Source: Tubulanus polymorphus
Taxonomy: Eukaryota > Animalia > Nemertea
Direction: 5' to 3'
Assembly: GCF_964204645.1 (NCBI RefSeq)
Contig: NC_134031.1
Location: forward strand, 19,103,910-19,167,909
DNA: 64,000 nucleotides
The position numbers were made by a program, and so were the translations under genes. Under the pieces are notes generated by a model. It saw only the letters and a program-made list of their open reading frames with translations. It ran no database searches and had not been told where the DNA came from. Below, piece after piece: positions 11,937-24,600 of the stretch; positions within the stretch are counted from its first letter, which is position 1; the number at the start of each line of letters is the position of its first letter.

Positions 11937-13070
11937 GAAACATCTTATAATAGTGAAATCCGAAATTTCTATCGAGATTATGTGATCTATTTTTTGGTTT
12001 TAGTGGATATGATTTATGAATGATAGACGATGTTTATAGAATAACATCATTAAAATTGAACTAATTTTCACCGGTTTCAGTTTGACAGCTGTGAAACTGG
12101 TTTCAAGCTGTCTAATTAAGAGCTGGGATGTTGTAGTGAGTGTGGAGTTATAGTTTAGTGAAAGGGTTTCGTGTACTCTTTCACCTTCAATGGTTCAAGG
12201 TGATTGATTTATAATTATTGATGGCCGATGCCTTTTAGCTATTTTGATTCCTCTGCTGCAGCGTGTTCTAAAATCTGCCCAGTTACCGGCGAGGCCTGCA
12301 GCAGCTATTACCACGCCACCCTGACCACTATTCAACTCACAACCGACAGGTTGGAATAAGACGTAGCGCTTGAGCAAATTTAGGTATAAAAAAATATTTA
12401 GAAGTATTTAGAAATATCATTTTTAGGAAACAGGAATCCGGAATAACTGGACTCAGTTCTCCATAGTTGTTGTTGATTAAGTTATTTAAAAAAATGATAA
12501 ATTCCTTTTCAGATAATCACCAAATGATCAGCATTTTTATAAATGTAGATATAAATTGGAGGGTTCTTTGACAATCTGAACATTTTGAAAATTTGTTACC
12601 ACTTATGCTGGAGTACGCTTGGGTGTGGATTTGATACATAAACATATTCTGTGAGTTTTTTTTTCAAATTTCAGCGTCTTATTGGTCAACTTCATTTGAA
12701 AATGGCTTAGAAAGACATCAATTCATACACACGCGCACATGAAGTAGATCAACAGTTATAACGCATTATTCATATGGATTACAATTCAAATTCTAGTAAG
12801 TATTACCACTTGTATTCAATGGGGTATCCGCACTGCTACTGTGGCAATTGAGGATCCACGAGGTGTCGCTAGTAGTCATTCAGTCTTCAGCGTTCGATTT
12901 CTTCTTCAATTAAAACTGAATGAACTTTTCTCTTAAATGGATCAATATTCCTAATGAAAACTATACCGATGTCTGAGTAGAAGAATGAAATCGTATATTT
13001 GGTGAGCGCTGTGATGATATACGGATTCGAATGAACTGATTCTGACAATGCAACACTGAGTACTTTGTCA

Positions 13071-13084
13071 CGCCATCTGGTGGG
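13071..13084 (-). promoter_or_regulatory. CTCF-like motif CCCACCAGATGGCG
   Basis: Matches the CTCF core; weaker opposite-orientation match at 12856-12870. Confidence 0.4.
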
Positions 13085-14022
13085 ATAGCCGGTGTTGCGG
13101 GTTACCCATAGTCATCAAATATTGAAGTGTCAAATTAAGTAATGAGGACATAATGAAATATGGAGGAAGTTGTTGAAATACTTTACACGGAAGCTGCATG
13201 AAATTCGATTAATGAAATTAGTCTATTAGAATGAGTTGTATTTCTGATGGCTGTTTACATTATCTCCAGTGAAATATAGGTTATGATGTTATTTTGAATA
13301 ACTGCAAAGAATTGACGATCAATAAAAATGATAGCATTTTCTCGGACCGACATTGTAGGGACTTGTGAAGAAAGGGTTAAACATGCCTAGCTACTTCCAA
13401 AATTATCAAAATACGTCTAAAGATGCTCTAAATCTGTAGGATATCAATATTATTAATTTCTGAACTAGAAAACTTTGAATCAATATCCTTATTTGGTGTT
13501 GTCAATTTTAACGAGGGGCGCGTGATGTTGATGAGTATTCATTAATGAATAATTGATGTTTAGTATGTGCAGAGGTATAATCATCTGAGGTAGAGCGGAT
13601 ACTCTCCCACCTCTGAAATCTACAGCGACCATTTTGGTTTTAGTAATAACTGATCTCAAAGTTGATCGCGGTTTTCAGATATGAACTAGTTTAATCTAGA
13701 AATGCCACGCTCAGTCCAAAAGTCTCTTCTACATTAAGTGAATGAATTAGTAGTATTTCCGATGATGACTTAGGAGGATATGTCTAGTCAAAACATCGAA
13801 AAGAGGCACAGAATTGTTCTACTCGAAGAGGTGAGGGGGGCAGTTCTGTTAGGTACTACTCAAGAGGTGAGGTCCAGTATTGTTGGGTTCTATTCAGAGA
13901 TGAAGGGGTCCGGGTATTGGTGATAAGGATGTGACTAAAAGATGATATGTTTCCCTCTCTCTCTCTTCCCCATCACTGCTGCTGATGCTGCTACGCGATC
14001 TCCATTCTATCAATTTACTGAT

Positions 14023-14036
14023 GTATCCATGGTAAC
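14023..14036. promoter_or_regulatory. RFX X-box-like motif GTATCCATGGTAAC upstream of CAMTA
   Basis: Second identical copy, ahead of the CpG-richer putative first-exon region (about 14400-15035, donor CTCGG|GTAAAG). Confidence 0.45.
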
Positions 14037-15687
14037 AGTTTGATATCGGTGATGGATATTGTGTTCACTGTTATTGTTGTCGACTGTGTTTGATGATGAA
14101 TTCTGTGCCACTTTTTGGCATTTTCTAAATCGAGAAAACACCGGTAACAACTAGCCTGAATTGAACATCTTCCATCTGGATGAAATCAGAAATCTCTTGG
14201 TATCCGGTCGGGATAGTTTCATTTCAATTTGAATAAAAATCTAGTACCCTCGGTAGATACTGAAAAGATCAAGCCCTGCATTGATGCTTCAATTCTGACC
14301 CTCTACAATTTGCAGCACCGAAGTCAAGCGGCTGATATATCGTCACATCACAGACACATTGTTTATAACCGTTCCGTGCTGGTTTCGCGCTGGTTTCTCG
14401 AAGATGTGAAATTTTTTCAGCAGAAATTCTAGATCTCTTCTCTCTCTTGCGCTCTTTACTAAACAGATGGAATCGCGAATCTCTGGTTTAAGAATATCCA
14501 GCTGAATATATTATTACGAATGATTGTTGTTGTTGTTCGGTAGATTTCGAGGTATTCGTCCGGGATATACCGCACGATATTATCATTTCATGATCATTGA
14601 AATTATCAATCGGTTTCGTTCGATATTTCATCATCGTCGTCGTCGATGTTCGATTGAATTGATTTTAGATTATTCATGATTCGGTTGTGATGTGTTAACT
14701 ATTTCCTGCCTGAAGGCGGCGCCGGGCGAGTGAGTGAGCGGTGAATGAATGATGCTGGTATCCGCTGACGACTGCTCCGTGCGACGACAACCTCCGTTTG
14801 AATTCAGTCTCTGTCAATTTTCTAACTCGTTCGAACCGGCAGCAGTTCTCTCTCGATAACGGATTTTTTATATCGTCCGGACTCCGTCAGGTCAGTGTCG
14901 CAGGTGTTCGAACCGGCAGCAGTTCTATCTCGATAACGGATTTTCATATGGTCTGGACTCAGTCGGGTCAGTGTGGCAGGTGTTAAGGATTTTGACGGAT
15001 CAGGGAAGATCGGAGAATTCTGGATTTCATCTCGGGTAAAGAGAGTTCAAATAGTTGAAAATCCATAATAGGACAAATATCTGATTTTCTAATGAGTAAA
15101 TGTTTATGAGTTACATTTCCCTTCATCAGGCGTAGAGCTAGTGATAAAATATTTCGATATTATACTGGTATTTATATAGAAATATGACAAAAGCGAATTA
15201 CAAACAATATTAAATTACCGTGTGACGGACATAATGAGGATAAAAAGTAATTAATTACATATTATCTAAATTACTGAGTAACGAAACCTTAACTAGTAGG
15301 TACCGGTAGTTTTCTTGATTAATTTTCTCTGTTAGAAGATTTTAAAGATTTTGTCTGCTGGCTGTTGCTAATGGAAATGTACTGTACTAGTGTATTGCGT
15401 AATTAACTTGATTGGTCAGTTTACTGATTTGTGCGCTGTAGCTGCTGCTGCTGCTGCTGCTGCAACCTTGGATTCTATCATCAGTAAACAAAATCACATA
15501 CATCATTACTTACTGGCTCAACACTGACCAGTTGTTCTGTTTACATTCTTAGAACCTTAGAACCATCATTTGAAATATTCATTTTAACAATGTGTATCTC
15601 TCTCTCTCTGTGTTGCAGTATGAGGTATGAGAATGATGGATAACATTGTGCAGCCTTAACGATGTAGAGTCAGATAGACCCTGAATT

Positions 15688-18600
15688 ATGGAAGGGTCAA
15701 ATGAAATATCCGTTTCTAAACCTAAGCAAGGTAAGTAACACCTTATATCTATCTATTAGGCATGTTTACACCATTGTAATCGGTGAAAATGTTGTTGTTT
15801 TATATCACTCCTACAGGCATTTTTTTACAAATTCAAAAGTCTTTCCCTCCCGCATAGCCCCCGAGCGTTGCTATAAAGGTCTAAGTTCTACAAAAGAAAA
15901 AATGTTCCTTTATTTATTAGTCATCCCTGATTTTCTGGAATCGTCAGTTATTGGTATCTCTGCAGTCATATCTCTCCCCCCCACCACTAACACTTCAGGC
16001 TCTTATTATTCACGATTTCTTTGAAAACATTTTTTCAATACGGGGTTCGTTTTTTGCCTGCCAGGAAATGGCTGCATATAAAACATCGCGCGCATGATCA
16101 TGTTATCAGATCGTGATTTTCAAATACCGGTAGTCAAATCCCGACCGGTTTTCATGAGCGAAAATGTCTTTGAAAGAATGAATCACTCAAAAATCGTCGC
16201 TCATTTTTTTCTGAAAACATTAACGGCAGAACTTAGTTAAAATAACCCCTTGGAAAGTAATGATTAAACGGTTTACTATAAACCGGAGAATTTCATCCTC
16301 AATTTCAATAATTTCATATTGGATATAATGAACCGTTGATAATGATCTTGTATCGTGCTGCCTTGTAAACCATCGGCTAGAATTTAGAGATTTCTTTCAA
16401 TCCCTGCTAAAAATCCCTTGTGTTTTAACACTTAAAATCTAGTCTCAGCTGGCCATAGAACCTTCTCGTACTCTGCCACATAGAACTCAGGGGCCAGTTG
16501 CACAGTCATGACTTAAGTCTAAAAGTGGTCTTAAATCTTAAGACTGGTCTTAAATTGTTAGATTGGCTATAGAACTAAGTCTTAGACTGGTCTTAAGTCT
16601 AAGCCATGACTATGCAACCGGCCCCAGGGGTAGTTGCACAGTCATGACTTAAGTCTAAAAGTGGTCTTAAATCTTAAGACTGGTCTTAAATTGTTAGATT
16701 GGCTATAGAACTAAGTCTCAGACTGGTCTTAAGTCTAAGCCATAACTATGCAACCAGCCCCAGGAATATATTTTACCTAGTCCGATTAAATCTAGTCCAT
16801 CAATCGATGATGTTTTCAAATCAAATCTCAAAACCCATTTTGTTCATCAAAGCTTTTAGTTAAACCATAGTTTTAGTTTTCCCTTTGTAATATGTAAAGC
16901 CAATGAGCATATTTTATATGGTTTTTAGGCTCAATGAATCATTATTATCATGAATTATTATTAAAATGAACAGATTTATCAGATCCCCTGATGTTCATCC
17001 TCACGTATATAGTGTATTGCATGTTGTTTATTATTTTTAGTTTTTTTGTTTGTATTTTGTGTTTTTAGGTTATTACGCGTTGGTTGAGAATGAATTTCGT
17101 TATGTTCCGTACCGAGAACCGAGAACCCCCGCAGTCACCGGTAGTCGAGCGCAAAAAAAAGGCATGCCGCTTTATATTCATTGATGTGTTGCAATCATCG
17201 GGAAAACGATGCTTGGCACATAAAAAAGTTTTTTAAGACAGAGTCATTTAATCATTGAATGGTGCGAAAAGTGTTTAGTTTAACATAGGCTATAGAAATT
17301 TAGTTCTGATCTTGTCACTTAACATTGACAGGGACTGTATGTTGACATTGACAGGGACTGTATGTTGACATTGACAGGGACTGTATGTTGACATTGACAG
17401 GGACTGTATGTTGGCAGTCTTTGAATGTTGACAGACATTGAATGTTACCGGTCTGTGAATGTCGCCAATCTCTGAATGTTGCCAGTAACTGAATGTTGAC
17501 AGTCTCTGAATGTTGGCAGTCTCTGAATGTTGACAATAACTGAATGTCGCTAGTCTCTGAATGTCGCCAGTCTCTGAAAATTGCCAGTAACTGAATGTTG
17601 GCAGTCTCTGAATGTTGACAGTCTCTGAATGTTGACAGACATTGAATGTTGGCATTAACTGAATGTTGACAGTCTCTGAATGTTGGCATTAACTGAATGT
17701 TGACAGTCTCTGAATGTCGCCAGTCTCTGAATGTTGACAGTAACTGTTCAATGTTATTGAAATCAGAATTGTGTTCATTCAGATTGACGACACTCCTCAG
17801 TCAGTGTTTACACGCTATGTGTATTTCAGTTATATAAACATTGTGACACAAGTTTCAAATGAATTGAATTCCACAGGTCTGTGGTGAACACTGTGGTGAA
17901 TTCTGTCGACCGGGTCTCTAATAATAATTCATTCACCTAATTACAGTAAAATGTGTCAAGCATTGTTCGTCAACTCTCCATCACAACCTAACTAATTAAT
18001 GGATCTAGGCTGATCTACTAATAAACCTTAACTCCCTTCTGATTACGTTATTTAGAATGTGTTCTAGATTTTAACCAGCATTTACGTTTAGCAAAAAGTC
18101 TGTCCTAAATTGGTCTGGTCGATAAATTTTAGGACGAACCAATTGAGAATGACCAAAATGACTTTATTCTAGAGGGCTGTATTTTGCAGGGAGCAGTTTC
18201 GAAAAGTGTCATTTTCGCAAATATTGTCGTGACGCTATAGAACTGCCCTTTTTCAGGTTTTCTCTGCCCCCCAAAGATGCAAATGCTAGGTACCTGTTCC
18301 CTGTTCTAGAATGCACCGTTTTGCTGTGTGATAAGAAACTTCGCATTAATTGCTGTGTTTTGTTTTATTTTGTTTCATTCTAAATGAGTTCAATTGTAGC
18401 TCAGCATAAGGGTTATATTCAGGATGATACAGGGATAAAAGAGGATGATTTATGATGATACAGGGATAATGCAGGATGATACAGGGGTAATACAGGATGA
18501 TACAGGGATAATACAGGATGATACACGGATAATACAGGATGATACACGGATAATACAGGATGATACAGGGATAATACAGGAAGATACATGGATAATACAG

Positions 18601-21600
18601 GAAGATACAGGGATAATACAGGGATAATACAGGATGATACACGGATAATGCAGGATGATACAGGGATAATACAGGACGATACAGGGATAATACAGGATGA
18701 TAGAGGGATAATACGGGACGATACGGGATGATACAGGGATTATGATATTGACAGTCATGTGAATTGCTGCAGCGGTGATAATGAAAAAAAGAAATTATGC
18801 GTATCACGAAATTTTCAGTGATTTGTCGTCATTGAGTGAAGTGAATGTTGTTATTACGAACAAATATAACACTTAGAGTTTGCGTGATGACTGTGTGAAA
18901 TGGAATATAGAACTAGGGAGAAAACCTGTCAATACCTGTCATACACTGAATAAACAGTCAGTTTCATGTTGTTCCTGGTTAGAATTTAACTCATAAAGTA
19001 CCAGGCCCTCGCCTAATTTTAACGATAGGTAAAATTACTCCAAACGAATTGTGGTAGTGACTCTCCTCACTTGCCACAGCATCATTTTGATAGCGTCTTA
19101 GCGTTTATATATCAACGCACTCTAGACACGCGACAGTTTAACTCAGTGTCTGGTCCAGGCCAGTTTGATCCGGGCCAAATTATTGGGGATGATGCGTGGA
19201 TCATTCATGTTTGGCGTCTACCGTGGTGTCAGTGTTTGATGTCTAGGGTGGTATCAGTGTTTGGCGTCTACCGTGGTGTCAGTGTTTGATGTCTAGGGTG
19301 GTATCAGTGTTTGGCGTCTACCACGGTGTCAGTGTTTGATGTCTAGGGTGGTATCGGTGTTTGGCGTCTACCACGGTGTCAGTGTTTGATGTCTAGGGTG
19401 GTATTGGTGTTTGGCGTCTACCACGGTGTCAGTGTTTGATGTCTAGGGTGGTATCGGTGTTTGGCGTCTACCACGGTGTCAGTGTTTGATGTCTACGGTG
19501 GTATCGGTGTTTGGCGTCTACCACGGTGTCAGTGTTTGATGTCTACGGTGGTATCGGTGTTTGGCGTTTACCGTGTTGTGTATCAGTAATGAATGCATCG
19601 GTTTTAATTGAGTCCTGGTATAAATCATTCTCCTCACTGAAAGAGAGAGAGAGAGAAATCGAAACAATCTATAATTATTGACTACATTCACTGGCAATCA
19701 AGAGTACTTTACCATGTAGAATAGCGTCAGTATTCATTGTATTGTCCGCAATAGTTTCCTGTTCGCTGATAATGGCTGTACTGTATACAATAAAGCTGCA
19801 TTAGAGAAATACCTCAGGACCCAGTTCCACAGTCGTGGGTTAAGATTTGAATCTGAGTTAAAACATTGAAAATGAACTAACTTTAACTCAGAGTTTACTC
19901 TAACTCACAACTGTGGAACCGGGCCCAGTAGTCTTCACCTCAAACTATTAAACCCCAATTAGATTCGTTTGAATTAAACGTTATTCGAGTTCGGTGTCGC
20001 ATGAAAATTGTTTTGATGAATTTCGAGGTTGGAGCGCTATCTCGAATGTAAACTTATTAGATATAAAGCACAGAAATTTAGACAAATCTCTTCGTTGAGT
20101 TCTCATTACATATGATACCAGTTGATTCCGGTTAATTACATCGATAACGCTGTATTTATATGCATTTGAATATTTGATGAATACTTTATTCAGATTGCAG
20201 TAAAATGAGACCCCAGCATTGCTGCTGCTGCTGCTGCTGCTGCGGTCTCTTGGGGTGATGATTGACGATATTTATCAGAATTTATTAAATTTGTCGACTT
20301 AATTATAGTAATATCGATTGAATCTTTATTGAATTACGGTGAACTGTTGTGGACAGTGATGGAAGTATCAGTGCTTGGTGATATGTAGCCAGCAGCCAGG
20401 TCAATGTGTTCCAAGCGTTTTTATCGAAAATGCCGGTCAATTCCATTTCTAAAACCGACCAATTCGGACCGATCAATACGCCAATCCAGGTCCACAGACC
20501 ATTTGAATCAGTTGAAATTCAGGTTTTTCTGGTTTATTCAAATATTGTATCGGTTAATAGTTATAGTTATACATTAAGTCTTCGAATATGAAATTTTATT
20601 AGGCTGCCCTAGAATTTAAGTATTTGACGCATATGACTGTAGGATAAACATGCATTGATTTAAAACATACCCGGCCTGGTTTTATTGTAATCTATGTTTG
20701 AAATGATATTTCAGTTGTTTGGATTGGATATGTGTAATGATCGAAATTTGAGCGATGAGTTTGAAATATGACTCGGAGGGCTGTAGAGTTTCATCGGAAA
20801 GTTTCTTAACCAACGAAGATTTAATGTTGAAATCGTCATGGAACAATTTCACTCGTGCGTTTTGATGATTTTGTATTTGATGATTATTTCATGTTTAAAT
20901 CAGTTTATTTTAATCATGTTCTCACGATGGATTAGAAAATGATTAATTATTTTTGGCAAATTAATCTCGTTGCCATACGGTGTCCGGCTTAACGTGGATT
21001 AATATCGACAGAAGATGAATTGCCCTCCTAATAATAACATAATTTCAGTGTCAAGAGAAGGAGGAGATCACAGTTGACTCAGTCACCGCTGGTCTCTCGT
21101 CTATTCACGGTTTAGTTTCATAAAAATGATGAATTCCTAAATCATGAGACGAGAAGATACACAATATCCGTGTAAGATGATAATGAGAGAAATCCCACAA
21201 TAACGAAGCCAAAACGAGAAACTTGAATAGAAGAGTATAATATTTGCGCAACGTTTCGGCTAAAGACTATTAGCCATCATCAGAGTACGCCTGATGATGG
21301 CTAATAGTCTTTAGCCGAAACGTTGCGCAAATATTATACTCTTCTATTCAAGTTTCTCGTTTTGGCTTCGTTATTGTGGGATTTCTCTCATTCCTAAATC
21401 AATTTAAGATGAATGAGTTAATGGAATTATCTTCATGTAGTTAATGGGTTAATGGGAATGAGTTAATGGAATTATCTTCATGTAGTCGCCATACAGTATT
21501 AATATATGCTTGTGTTGTATCAAACTAATGATGATAATGATAAGTTAATCAAATGACCGTTCCGATAATTGATGATGTGAAACGTTTTTCTATTGAAAAC

Positions 21601-24600
21601 TGTGAATTTGTTCGGGAATGGTTTACATCATGATCAGAGTAGCGACTTACCCATAAATCAGGGAGATATCGGGGAATTTTCTTTTCTTTAAAAAAGTCGG
21701 GGGATTTTGTAAATAAGCTAAAAATCAGGAAAAAGCCAGCGATATTTGTTGAGATTGCGAGATCACCGTAAATATCGTGCCGGTTATATAGACGAAACCA
21801 GATCTATCGTGAAAGGGTTAAACATTTTCAAAGTCTTCTTTCAAGATATTTCCAATCACCCGATCTATATACAGTATTTACGTATCGTGAAAACCTATTT
21901 TCAAAACGAACTTCAATAATTTTCGCTCATTTTTAGAATTGACATTAAAAGCGATTTTAGTGAAATACGATATAGTTATATGCGCGTTTAAAAGTTTCCC
22001 GATCACTTCACAGCGATGTTTATTTTCAAAAACGTTTTCCATTACGCGCACAAATCAATACAGACGTCGATAAAGAGTAGGCGAGCAATATTTATTTCAG
22101 GAAACTGATCTCCGATTTATAGTAAACAACTGAATATTATCTGATTGAGTCCCCAGACATAAATATCGGTTATTTTCAGTTAAGACACATTAAATTCAAG
22201 CATTTCTAAAATGATAATCATAACCAAACTACCGTTTTTGGTATAAGTATTTCATGAAAGATGAAGGTGCCTTCGTCGATGGCATCAGTAGCTGGTTCCA
22301 TTGAGACCGGAGTCAAAAAGTGGTCATTGAGTTAAGGGTCGCTAGGTCACTGAGTTAAGAATCGCTAGGTCACTGAATTAAGAGTCGCTAGATCACAGAG
22401 TTAAGAGTCGCTGGGTCACTAAGTTAAGAGTCGCTAGGTCACTGAGTTAAGAGTCACTGGGTCACTGAGTTAAGAGTCCCTGGGTCACTGAGTTAAGAGT
22501 CGCTAGATCACAGAGTTAAGTGTCGCTGGGTCACTAAGTTAAGAGTCGCTAGGTCACTGAGTTAAGAGTCACTGGGTCACTGAGTTAAGAGTCGCTAGGT
22601 GGTCACAGAGTTGAGAGTCACTAGGTCACTGAGTTAAGAGTCGCTAGATCAGCTTGGAAGGTTTACTAGTGTCAAGTCGATAAACTCAATAGTGATGTCA
22701 GATTTTTACGGCGATATAAAAAATGACGATCAATGAAATCAATCCGGAATCAATAATCAACAGTCTCCACCCAGAATTAATCATTGCTCTTTTTCCGTTA
22801 TTTTCCGATGTCTGTTTTTGATGATGAATTATTTATAGAGTAGTAATTAAATGTTGGATATAATTCACTGCGTGCACCGGACATTGTTTATCACTGATTC
22901 GCCTGTTTACTGGTCGTTTACTTTCCCGATGCTGCAGACAATCTGTCGGCTCAGATGACGTAAAGATATGATTAAAACTGAAATCACCAAAAATATCCCA
23001 GTACAGGGGGGGGGGGGCAGTATAGTCATAACATGGTACAGGGGGCAGTATGATAATACCATGGTACAGGGGCAATATAATAATACCACGGTACAGGGGG
23101 CGGTTCAGTGATACCACGGTACATGAGGCAAGTTTAGTGATACCACGATACATGAGGCAAGTTTCGTGATACCACGGTACATGAGGCAAGTTTCGTGATA
23201 CCACGGTACAGGGGACAGTTTAGTGATACCACAGTATTGGGGCGGTTCACCAATACTACAGTACATGTGGCAGTTCACAACGGTACAGGGGCCTCTTTCT
23301 GCTCTCCTCTCTTCTCCTCTGTCTGTTTGTATTTATAGGTAGCACTATGAACTCTGTTCAACTGTTTGATAAATCTCTGTACTATGAAACTGGTTTTTTA
23401 AAATCAATTATTGCACATATTTTCAATGGGAAAAAAACATTTGATTTAAACCTGAATTTTCTGATTGATGGAAACGAAACTAACGAAATACGTTTTATTT
23501 ATAGAAGATGAATGTAAACGCTTTGATGTACCGAAAGCTTTGGATGATATCGTCGTGGCGACCGTATTTCCAACGGAGCAACATCGCTGGAATACTAATG
23601 AGGTTCGTATTTGACCCCGGCCCTCCACCGGCCCTCCAAATCTTGGCTCTTGTCAAGCAGGTAGGGACCCATTTGACGCTAACGTGAATGGTTTGCCCGG
23701 TTGAATACCCCCAGTGTGATAGCGGTTGAGACCAAAGCCAATTCTGGTTGTATAGATCAGTTCAACGCAAGTCTTAAAAACAGTTGTTAGGCATCAACTT
23801 GTGAACCCTGGGACAGCTGTAACAGTTACACAATTGGAGAATTCTGTTGGAATGTCTCGGATTGCGACAGACTGACTGTACTAACATGTGTTGCACCTCT
23901 GACGATCCCAGACACTTATATCAAACTATCCATAATTATCTGTCAACCGAACCAATAACTTCTTCTCGGCCAGATGTTACTCGGGAATTTTTTCGATGAG
24001 TCAATTTTGTATTATATATATTTATATATACACGTCATTCTCTATATATGTATATAGGATAGGATCATGAATTTGTATAGCGCCTTGTAGATAGTAGATC
24101 TATTATCAAAGGTGTTTGTTCTCCATGAACAGGTAATGACTTCATCAGAAATGTCTCAATCTTTCCTTTCCTGGATGTGAGTCAATATCTCGAATTCTAC
24201 CACGATGGATGCGAAATCTTTCTGATGCAGATCATCTGAAATGTGATCAAGTCATAAAACGGACATCAGGCCGGTGCTGAGCTTTTTTTAGGGGCAGTTC
24301 CACTTCAAGAAAAAGGGCCTTTTTTAGATCTTGAATATGATTTTTTGATAGGCTAACCTAAACTTAAACAAAAAACACCTGAGTACATCAATGGATTAGG
24401 CCTACTTTTCATTTTGAAAAAACACGAAAATTTGCTATTATATCGACATTTCGAAAATCTGCGAAATCCCCCGAATCCGAACTTCAAGCTTTCAAGCTTT
24501 TCTTCTGTTACCCAGCGGTGAACTTTATGTGAGTTGTTTGTAAAAGTTTAAGGCTGGAAATGAATATTGATGATGGCCAGAAGCGGCACTGAACAGTACT

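Noticed and set aside
15112-15132. - strand CCTGATGAAGGGAAATGT, hammerhead-like
   Set aside because: No stem II and no TSD found; at best a heavily deleted PLE remnant.
15619-15624. 6-nt microexon TATGAG
   Set aside because: The stronger donor at 15731 gives a phase-compatible start exon; no independent support for the microexon.
17290-18807. Repetitive ORFs on both strands
   Set aside because: Translations of minisatellites inside a CAMTA intron.
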